A stretch of DNA of 64,000 nucleotides from Antedon mediterranea. Lineage: Eukaryota; Animalia; Echinodermata. Below the pieces are notes generated by a model. That model searched no databases. It was not told the DNA's origin and worked only from the letters and a program-made list of their open reading frames with translations. The translations under genes and the position numbers were made by a program. This document shows, piece by piece, positions 12,601-24,600 of this stretch (position 1 is the first letter of the stretch; every line of letters starts with the position of its first letter). Location: NCBI RefSeq assembly GCF_964355755.1, contig NC_092677.1:8702101-8766100 (forward strand), read 5' to 3'.

Positions 12601-15600
12601 TTCCTTATTAAAATGTATGCAAACATTTTCTTGATAAATACGTTCTAATGATATATTCTAAAATATGTAGGCCTGTCATTCTGTAATGTTTTAACATACA
12701 AGCTGAATATTGTAATTAAACAATGCACTTAATTAATTAAAAAATAGTAAATAAACTGATCAAATTTTGTTTATATTTATAAATTATACATATTTTCTTT
12801 TAATGTAGTAATAGTGAATAATTAGGAAATATATATAATAATTAAGAAAACATTAGGTACTAGGTATAGGCCAAAACATCAACATTATTATTAGTATTAA
12901 AGAGGATAAAAATGTGAATAATAGTGATGAAATTAACCTATTTATATTGCTTTTCCCTGGAATCTGAAGATCTGTCTTAGGTATTAGGCCTACCATGAAT
13001 TACATATTTTGTTTATCTTACCTAGTAAAACACTGCCACCATTGCTTTTAGATATCCAAGATACTTGAATACTCGAAGTAGTTGAAGAAACAACATTCAA
13101 TGTTGGTGGCGCTGGTGGAGCTAGTTAAAATACAAGCAATAGTTATTTCAAAATGTACTCAAATAAGATGTTAATGTAGGCATAATAAGACTATAACAAA
13201 CTCATTTGCAAAACTTAAATGTTGATTTCCAATACTGAATCCCCACATCATAGGTAGGCTACTAATAAATATACCAACAATAAGTTGCTTACAGACTACT
13301 AATAAATACACTTAGGAAAAACGCCGTATATCTTGCAGTTATATAGACAATTACAGTATGATACAGTATAAATAAGTGTTTTCCTACTTCGTGTAGTCAA
13401 CTGTTTACTACGGAAGTTGGAAAAACTTATTTACATTCACTAAAAGCGGATTATACTTTAATTTTCTACAAGATTAATGATAATCACAGAATAAATCCCA
13501 AAATAACTGTACATAAATATAACTAATATTTACCCAATGATATTTACAATTTGACAAATCGTGATAAAAGAAGTTATATTACCAGAATAGGTTCTAAAGC
13601 TAAAGACTTCGCATTTATAAACAACTTCCCAAATACAAAAACCACAATGAAAATCAATTGTACAAATTGTCATTTGTACTGTATATACATAATTAATTAT
13701 AATTTCTCAGACAATGGTAATAATGTTTCTTACACATTGTCTCTTATTTTACATTGTATAATTATACTAATCCACGTTGACCATTGAATGTTTATTAGAC
13801 TTGCAAAGCAAACGCTGAAGAAAGTAGATACCACATTATTCCTATACATGGAACACGTTCACAGAGCATCGCACCCAGTCGTTTTGCTGACACGCTGGTT
13901 TTATCAAATAGGCCTATGAATATTGTACATAAATAGGCTCCCACCAAACAGCCCATTGCATACTTATGCTGTGCAGATAAACCCAATATAATAAGTTTCT
14001 ATATATTGTTAGCTACAAAATCGAACAATATATTGAGATCTATCCCCAAAAAAATTAATTAATAGAGGTTATGAAGACAATAAAAATGTTTGCATGTTGT
14101 AAAATCCATTTAATTGAATTGAAAATTACTAATTTGAGATTACATTTCAATATTTTTGCGAACGTTTTAATTCGAATTATGCATCTTTGGTTTGTATTTT
14201 TTCCCCCACAATCTCATGATTAAATTAACAATTTAATAAACCACAAACACAGACTATCGGGGATCTGCTGATGTAAACATTTTTTTTAAAGAATAAATAC
14301 TATTATTTACCTAAGTGACCTTACTAAACACATGGTTGGCTTGGTTTAATAGTACAAAACCTTCTTACATACCAATACAAAAATATAAACCATGGTGCTC
14401 AACAGAAACCGGGAAAAATACTTGGCAAAATGCAGAGAGCGATAAATTGCGCGCTATTTAACCTTCCGGCACTACCATTATTATATAAATGGCTCTCCCT
14501 TCCGGTCATATTGAACTCGATATTTTATGATGTCATCAATATATCAATTTTCTTGAAAATCAATATTCTGGTTTGTTATTGTAAAGACAACAAAACACAT
14601 AGAAAGCAAGTAATACAACTGACATTTTGCCAAGTAGTTAGATTACAAAAAACATAACATCTAAAAGAATAAAAGAAGCGTGCACCAAGCTACCGAAACA
14701 AACTTTGTTCAATAATTCGTTACTTACTTCCTGATGGTTGTCTCACTACAAAATGCAGTAAATAAACGATTATGTGTGATTAGTCCATGCAAGTCACGTG
14801 AATAAGAAACAGAAACTTATCACAATAAGACATCATACATTAAACAATTTAGAATTGTGTATCGTACAGTTTTAATTTAGTGAAGAGTGTACAATCATGC
14901 AGTAGGGACATGCAGGCAGTTGTGATTAGGTCTTAGTAAATTTTAATTTAGGCCTAAAGGAAATATTATACAGTATAACGTAAATACATAATAATAGGTA
15001 GCATATAGTTATTTTACTAAGTTCATGTACGCTTCGGACATGAGTTTGTGTATCATGCAAAAACTTGGTTCCCACTTCGATGCAACGCAATGACGTAGAC
15101 CCAACGCAATGACGTAGACGCGACGCAATGACGTAGACGCAACACCCAATCGAGTTGACCAATCGCAAGCGACAGTTTGGGTGATTCTGGCCTTGTGATT
15201 CATCCAAACGTTCTAATGAGAACCAAGCTTAAGATGGTAAATTATTATCACATGCGGTTATTTGTCTAGTTTTTTTACATGCTGGTTCAGTACTGTGTAT
15301 ACTATATTCTATTATTTTCTTATGGTGAGTGTACTGTAGAAATTTAGACTATTCATATAATATCAATCCTTAATATTAAGTTAATTAAATCTCAAATTGT
15401 GTTACTGCAGAAATAAGTTTTATATTTAGCAAATTTAATTTATCAATCACCAACGATAAAGGTAAACTTTAGCGAAATGTTTTGAATGAATCTGATGAAG
15501 TGTGAATAAATTATAGCATGCACTATAGGCATACATTAGCAATTCTTTCAATTTTTTAAAATACAAATAAAGTTATTTACTTACCGAGAACATTTAAATG

Positions 15601-18600
15601 TATAAACAATTCTTCGGATAAACCCCACGTGTTTCTAGCTTCGCAAATATACTTGCCCTTATCGTCGGGCATTGTGTGGTAAATTACTAGCTCTCCAGTC
15701 GGCAGAATTCCATAATCTTCTCCTGGTGTTATCGGTTCGTCCACACTAAAATATTGGTAAATAGATTTTCTGTATGTGACATATATTCAAAATACATCAT
15801 TATTTGTTTAAAAATCACACACTACAGTATAGCAACATAAATCAACACAGTGCATTGACAAGACTTATATTCATCATCGATATTTCCAAATTTATTAACA
15901 GTATAGTGCTCAGATTTTCCAGTTACGTTTTGCAGACGTTTTGCTGAATTTTGTGCATACTAATTTATCATAAAGCATACCCCTCTTTTCGCCAGTGTAA
16001 ACTTGGCAAAGGATCTCCCACGGCCATACACTCTAACGTCACATCCGTTTTCCAAGTAACAGTCAAAGTTTTTGAAAATGACATAATTCTTGCTGGAACT
16101 GTGAAAAACCATGAAATACAATTTATTAAATTAAACTACAGATATAGATTGAATTAAGAAGACAAAATGCATTATAGAATGATTGTGGATTTAGATATGA
16201 ATTTGCAGCTTAAGTCTAGACTAATGTTGAATAATTCATCATGTTCTAACATTATTAAATACTAATGTTTAGTTGTTTGTTGCATTCGTTTAAGTCGACG
16301 GTTATTTCATTTTGGTTAAACATGAGGGTAGATAATTAACACATCATTTTAAGCTCTGTCTACAAACTAGTTTTTTAACGGGTGTATTGTGGGAAATAGT
16401 ATATACAATTACATCGGAAGAACTTATGACAAAACCTTAAAATTCGAATGAAACCCCGATAGCCAAGTTGTTGAGTAAGCTGGCAGGACTGTATAACTGT
16501 GCGCTACCTGTGTCCCACTAGGACCCTGAGATACTGCCCATGTTGCAAGCCGTCACTGTGTCACAGCTTGCAATACCTTCCCAATAAAACATCACTTAAA
16601 ATAATAATAATACTATTTTTAGTAGAATTGATCAGACTATTATCTACAATTTACTAAGCAATCATCTAAGGTTTTTTACGAATATCAAGCATTTCAAAAA
16701 TGCTGACCGACCGAAAATGTCCAGGCCAGAACCTCCTTCTAAAACCTTTTACCCGAGTCATTGTCATTTTGAGAACCTTCGTCTTCCTAGAGGGGAACGA
16801 GCGAAGCGACCTCACCCTCTAGTGATAACAAATACTTGTTAAATTTGAAAGACCTCGTACAGTACCTCTTGATAGTGGTATTTCTGTGGCAACATTGCTA
16901 GCTTCTCCTGGACCAATGATCGTTGCTGCTTTCACATAAAAGTCATACGCCTGTTCAGTCACCAAGTTATTTACCAGATAGTGTGTTACGTTGACATGTA
17001 ATGTGAAGTTTGACAAAATCTGTAATGAATATCAAACGTTATACACTGTAAAACGAAACTTGTAGAGCATCTTCGATATTATTAGCTTTGTCCTTTCAAC
17101 AGTTAGTTAAGAATTACTAATTATAACAAAGCATTTTTACAAACGATGGTTGTATAATGATTAAACCACTGTTACTTAAAATACCCAAAATCCTTTTTTT
17201 TTATTTTGATCTGATTATATTAATTTGATTTTAGAGGACGATTTTCTATTTCCATTCATATCAACATCTGAACTTTCTTCTACACTATCACACTTTTTGT
17301 GACAAAAATGTGATGTGCCCATATATAGACACGATGATGTCATATCACTACCATATTTGGCATCTCTCAAGGAACATTAAGTTAAAAGTGTTTCTAACTT
17401 ACTGTTTCACCATGTTTACTTGCTGTCATTGTCAGGATATATTTCTGCAGTATTCCGTTTATCTCTAAAGGTGGTTGCCATGACACCATTATGCTTGTGG
17501 GTGTGTGCGCATGTGCTTTGATGTCAGCTGGCATTGAGGGATCTACAGTATGAACAATTAAGAGACACTTAGAAAGCTGTTTTGTTAAATGTTACTCACT
17601 GATCAAATAATAATGTAATTATTTTTAAATAACACTTTATATTATTTTCATTGCAATCCCCATTATGACGTAATTCATCATTTGTCATTATCGTGTCATT
17701 TTAGGCAGTGTGATTATGTAGATGTAAAATGTTGATTATACAATTGAGTTTTTGTTAAGTATTGACATTTTTAAAATAGCTGAATTGTTTTGGTTACAAT
17801 TATTATATAAAAAATCATATTGATTTTTATTTGTATTATTACATACGGGTAATACAATGTTTTAAAAAATTCATCTGTGCGATATTGTACAACAAACATT
17901 CTAAATTCGTGTATTATTAACTAACAGTCTTGGTTTGTCATGATGTATAATTCGTCACTACGAACACCGTCTCCAACCCTTGTGAATGCCAGTACTCGGA
18001 TGCTATAATTGGTGAATTTCTCCAATCCAATCAGGTCTGTAGTAAGAGTTGTTGTCGTTTTTATCTGGAGATCAGCTTCATCTAAATAAATAAAACAATA
18101 AAAAAATATACATTTCTACTAACTCTCACTTTAGAATATTGTGAACCTCTAGTAAGGGTATCGTCGGGATCCAGCTAAAGGAGTATAACCTGAATATGAC
18201 ATGGCCTTAGTGTTTTTAAAACAATACAATTTTCCCGCTTTCGTTTCATGGGAAAATTATTATTATCATTAGGCCTATAGGATTTCCCTTGAATATAGGT
18301 GTCATTAAGTGGGATATCAACTGTACTACAAATCCGGCTAAGAGCTAGATTGCATGCAATTAACATACATATTTTATAAATTACTAGATTATTATCGACT
18401 TCAATGTGTCAGAGAAGAGAAATAATTTATTAAAAGAAAATATTAATTAGGCCTAAATGCAGTTGTGGAAGCAGTCCTCGCAATCCGCTTGAACCTTTCT
18501 ATCATTTCAATTATTTAGTTATACCTTCATCTGCTCTGATTGGTTTGTAGAAAACCTTATATCCCTGTAAGATACCATAGATAGAGTCCAGAGGTAGGGT

Positions 18601-21600
18601 TGACCACATCACACGTATGACGGTGGAGCCTAGAGGGGTCGCTTGCACAGATGGCGGGGGCTCACTAGGAACTAAAGGAAAATATATTGAATTACTATAA
18701 CAAAAATAGCTTTAATATATCTGTCCATTTCGTACATAAAGCTTACATGGATAAAACATCAATAGCCAATTATTAATATTACTAAAGTATAAAATGTATT
18801 TAATATTATTCTCTATAAAATGGTGTGGTCCAGTTGTATGCTAATGGTTGCTTTTGATTGAATTGAAAGAAAGACGACTAACAATACAGGAAATAGAAAA
18901 ATAATAGTAGGTTTGTAAGAGTGTACACTAACTCATAATAAGGCAAAACCATCACTAAAAATATCTATAGATATATAACAGTGAACTTTATATAATATAA
19001 CTTAATGAAGCTACATTGTTTGGTCAAAAATCTAAAAAAGCTTACCATCTTCAAAAGTAGTAATTTTCTTTTGTTGCGACCACGGTCCCGAACCTATTTC
19101 GTTAAATGCTGCAATTTCCACAGCGTATTCCGTAAACTTCCGAAGTCTATCGAGAGTATATGATTCTATGTAGTTCGTAATAGATGACGTCATGACAGAC
19201 TGGGATGGAGTGGATGAACCGACTTCTTTATATCGAATGTGGTATCCTAAAATGTCTCCATTTTGAAGATCAGCTCTTGGTTGCTGTAATGATTTAATTC
19301 ATATTTAAAATGCATTTACCAAATTATTTAAATAATTTCAGCAAGGAGGTATATTTATTATTTGTTTATACGATGGTTACAAAGATTCAGCAAAAATTGT
19401 TATAGTAATATAATTATTAATATAATATACGTGATACTAAAATGTTTAATGCACTTACTCGCCAAACAAGCCGTACTGAGGTTGAACTAAGAGCAGTAAT
19501 CTCAATATTCAATGGTTCTCCTGATGGTACTTTTTGATTGAAAAAAAGAAGAAAAAGTTTGATTTTACCAATTATTCTTTCAAATGGTATAAAACTGTAA
19601 TTGTTACAAAATTTAATATCCGACTCAAATCCACCTTCATGTCATTTGTAAGAATTTTTCACAAAATTTGAATTGTTTAAAAAGAACTATAGTGTTCCTG
19701 ATGGCATCTTTTTTATAATAAATATTTTAATAACCTTCTGTAAGTTGTTCAACTCTGTATAGTTTAGTCATATATATGTTCTGTTTATCTGTTCTCGAAC
19801 AATAAAACTACATGTTCGAAAACATTAATCTTCATGATCAAAATTTCATTTTTTTAAACAAAATACTGTATTATGTAACGATTTTATTTGCCATAAAATG
19901 TAACAAAAACTTCATTCCGTAAACTTTACTATCACTTTATTGTACATGTTAATGGTATAATTACATTTCATGATTCATGTCTGTGTTTATTTATAACTTC
20001 CTTAAACTTTATGGAATCGTAGGCCCATGATTTTAAAAGTGTAGTAACCTTAAGGAGATATATGTAAAATGATAGCATACATTTATATGCAGTCATCGAT
20101 CCAATGTTGATATTAAATATCTTTTTATTTAATATTTTCTTATCTAAAAAACTCTGAAATCATACATTGGTCAAAAGTCGAACTTCGGGTTGTCGTTACG
20201 ACTTGTTAACTGCTTTATAAATTACAAAGCTTTGAAGCCGTTACTCGGATTTTCCAGCCAGCATTTCTTTTCTTTTTCTTAATAGATAAGCATATTAGTG
20301 CATAGGTATTTCAATGGGAAAATATGTTTTGACGATACCATTGTGTAACGCACATTGCAAATATGATTAACATACCTTCTTCAAGTGTTTTTATAAGTAT
20401 TTCGTCACTGTATGGACTTAGGCCGATAGGGTTAAAGGACTTGATCCTAACAACGTAGACATACGCAGGATGGAGCTCCGTCACGGTGTATACCAGCTGT
20501 GACAGGTTTCCCAGAATATGAACCCGGTTTACACCTCCTTGCCAAACATCTGTAAAGAATGTTAGAAATATGATGTTCCAACATTGTTAGAAGAGGTATT
20601 TGTATTTATCTAAGTTTCTGGCCCTTAATACATTTATTTATCTATAATTACCAGAGTCGTTCTTGTATTCAATAGTGTGGCCGGTTATAGGACTGTTGCC
20701 ATCGAAGCCAGACTCCCAACTAATAGAAAACGATCTGCTGGTTACCGCAGTTTGTTGCAAATCAATCGGGCATTCTGGTGGCTCTGAAATCAATATTTAT
20801 TTGAAAAAAACATTTAGATATATCCCATAATACAGTTATAAATCCAAAGGCAAAATACTGAAAATATGACAATGCTGTGGGTATCAGTGGCTGGATCTCA
20901 ATGGAGATACAAAATGACAATGCTGTGGGTATCAGTGGCTGGATCTTAATGGAGAAACAAAATGACAATGCTGTGGGTATCAGTGGCTGGATCTTAATGG
21001 AGATACAAAATGACAATGCTGTGGGTATCAGTGGCTGGATCTTAATGGAGATACAAAATGACAATGCTGTGGGTATCAGTGACTGGATCTTAATGGAGAT
21101 ACAAAATGACAATTCTGTGGGTATCAGTGGCTGGATCTTAATGGAGATACAAAATGACAATGCTGTGGGTATCAGTGGCTGGATCTTAATGGAGAAACAA
21201 AATGACAATGCTGTGGGTATCAGTGGCTGGATCTTAATGGAGATACAAAATGACAATGCTGTGGGTATCAGTGACTGGATCTTAATGGAGATATAAAATG
21301 ACAATGCTGTGGGTATCAGTGGCTGGATCTTAATGGAGAAACAAAAAAAAAGAACATCATTTTTGTGCATTTCAGACTTCTTAATTATTAAGACTATTGT
21401 AAAACTATATTGACCATTTCGTACCCTTAGTACTATAATTAGATAATATAGTAGAAAAGCATGTGCATAATTCCAATCCATTTTCCAAATTATTTCGGCA
21501 AGAACAATTTATTTAGGTGTTTTTTTTTCATCAAATATTCCAATATGGATGAAATGATATAAATAAATTAAATTAAAATATTAGATTATCAACCTAATTA

Positions 21601-24600
21601 TTTAATTTACCCAGAATTGTAAGATGAATAGTAAGGCTATCAGAACCATAACTATTGCTAGCTTGGCACGTGTAAACAGCGGTGTCGCCTCTAGATGTCT
21701 TGAGAATCTTTAATTTGGAGTTCACCACATCGCCTTGTACAGTGGTAATAATTTGATAAGCGGTCCCCGAAAGACTTGTGTATATAAGATCATTTTTAAA
21801 CCAGTCAATTTCCAGAACACCATGTCCATCCGGGTTACAGTCCAAGATGACTTCTTCATTTAGATTAGCGGTCAAATTGATCTCCGAGATGTAAAATCTA
21901 GCTGGAACTGTAAAAAATGAAAAAAATTTGTATAACATTTTTACAAAACTGTTCTACACGGAGCCCCGTAGCTACAGTGAGTTATACTACGTGGCAGGGT
22001 TTGGAACATTTGCAAATTCCACAACATTAAAGACTGTGTGTAGTGAGCATGCGCGAGTAGAGACAACACCTAACTTTTACACGCAGGGAAAAAGATCTTA
22101 AATTCAGACTAAAGGTAATATATAGCCAACAAACTCTACTATTTTTAAAAGTTGTATACACTAACTAAAAGAAGACTGCATGATGGCGACTAATAGGCCT
22201 ACTAGGGCAAATACTAAATCAATTGACTTAACAAGAAAAACTAGACCCTCCGAAAGTCTAGAAGCAGATGATCCAATCGAAGCCTCCGGCGACCGACAGG
22301 GGGAAACTCAAACGCTCGCCGATCAACTAGGTAGGCTATCAGAACAACTTAATGGTAAACTAGATAAAGTCCTAGAAAATCAAAAAAACTACAACAAAAG
22401 GCTTACCAAACTGGAAACAACTGTCAAAGATCTAGAAAAAAGTGTGGAATATGCGCATGATTCAACTAACAAAACGAAGGAAGAAATAAAAAAAATTGGA
22501 AATGAAATCAAGAAAATGGAGGAGTATGAAAACAAAATGGCGGCTTATCAGGATAAAATGGCGGACATGGAAAATTCAATCCTAAAACAAGAAAGATACA
22601 GTAGGAGTTTTAATCTAAGGTTTGGAGGAGTTATAGAAAATGCTACAGAAAACACCCAGGACTTATTGCAAAAAGTACTACGCGAAGAACTCGGACTCGA
22701 GGACATCGAAATTGAAAATTGCCATCGCACCGGGAAACGCCGTTTAGATAACAAACCGAGGCATATAATAGCTAAATTTCTGTACCGTCCACAAAGAAAC
22801 CAAGTCCTAAAACTAGGAAAAGTAAAATTAAAAAGTAAATCACAAAACGTATTTATTACTGAAGATTTACCTGACGCGGACATGAAGAAAAAGAGAGAAT
22901 TATCTACAATTATGGCGCAGGCATATGCCGAAAAACGTAAGCCCGTATTCAGAAATGGACAACTGTTTATCGACGGTAAGCCATACAAGCCACTAAAATA
23001 ACTATAATTAAGTCATTAAGCCAAATTAATTAATGTTCAATTGAACACAATTAATTAATGTTTATGAATTATATTTCATACCTACATTACCGCAGAGTCT
23101 ATCATTGTCTTGTAGAACGTAGACTAATTATGTGATTGTAGTAGTATTTCTACCGTTATAAATTGTAAATAAACGAAGTTTGTTTGTTTATGTCGCGCAC
23201 CTGGCTGTTAGTGTTATGTTCTGGATATCTCTGTCCATTCAAACTTTAATTCATGTGACCCACGGCAGGTGTGCGACGATAGTGTTACATAATGAGAAAT
23301 ACCAACAACAATTAAGTGGCTGTTGACGATGTAAGTTTCAACGTAGTTGTTTACCGGTTATTCATCGATGAGTTACTGGGTTGATCAAACTCGTAAACGT
23401 TAAACACATCGTTTTAATGAAACACAACACAACTAAATGTATTTAAGTTATACTATCCGTACTTTACTAGTGATATATAATGACAAATTATAACAACATT
23501 AAGTGGCTGATGTGATTAATAAGTGAGCGCCGTTATTGAGACATCATGTTCTAGACCGTTTCAACGTAGCTGTTTACCGGCGATGTTTGACTTAACAGTG
23601 AGTAACGATAACTTGCCATAATAATACATTCTGGACATCGGTGAGTTAGATTGATCAAAATCTTTTAAGTTAACCAAATACTTAATTGGCGTCCATGATC
23701 ATCATTATTGTTTCACTGCCTGTCGTTTAGTTGTTGTTGGTATGTCATGATAAAACAATTCATATTACATTGTATATATTGTAATTTATTGTACATACTT
23801 GTTAACTTAGGCTATTATGTGTTAACTATTCTCTGCTGTAAGCAGCTTGCTCAATTTTATTCATTTGTCATTTTCTTTTCTGTCTAATTTAAATGTTTGA
23901 ATGTGACCTTTTTGATAATGTAAATGTGAGCACAGAATATTTTAACGAAGATAACTTAATTTCTTTACTTGAACATTCTAATTTATCATCAAACTTTTCT
24001 ATATTTGGACTAAACTGTCGTAGTGTTGTTAATAAGTTTGACTTAATCTCAAACTATTTAGACTCACTCGTACATGCCTTCTCCGTTATTGCCTTCAGTG
24101 AAACCTGGTTAACCGAAAAAGATAATATTAATCTATACCAGTTACCAGGCTACAGTTTGATTCACAATGATAGGAAAGATAAGAGAGGTGGTGGGGTAGC
24201 GTTCTATGTTACCAACAAACTAACATATATTATTAGAAATGATCTGTCATCTTGTATGACTGAAGCAGAGACTATTTTTATTGAGATTGAGTTAGAATCA
24301 GGAAATAATGTTATTTGTGGTATAGTTTATAGACCACCCTCACGTTCCTTGCAAAAGTTTGATGATGAATTAACATGTGTAATGCAAATGATTAATCTAG
24401 AAAAAAAGAAAGCTTACCTTGTGGGAGACTATAACATAAACTTACTCCAACAATCTACCGACAACACTATCCAATCACACTTAGACACAATATTTTCTCA
24501 GTCATTTCAGCCAATCATAAAAAGTCCTACTAGAATATCCGATAATTGTGCTTCAATAATTGATAACATTTATTGCAACATCGATTCTTTTACTACGTCC

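Noticed and set aside
13283-13288. 6-nt microexon (tttattag|TAGTCT|gtaagc)
   Set aside because: In frame, but too short to tell from chance and lacking a UGC or other supporting motif.
20762-21481. 239-aa and 139-aa repetitive ORFs, or a CRISPR-like array
   Set aside because: By-products of a 48-bp minisatellite with no unique spacers, in a eukaryotic intron.
22548-22988. 146-aa antisense ORF in LINE ORF1
   Set aside because: A shadow ORF of the coding strand with no recognisable motifs.
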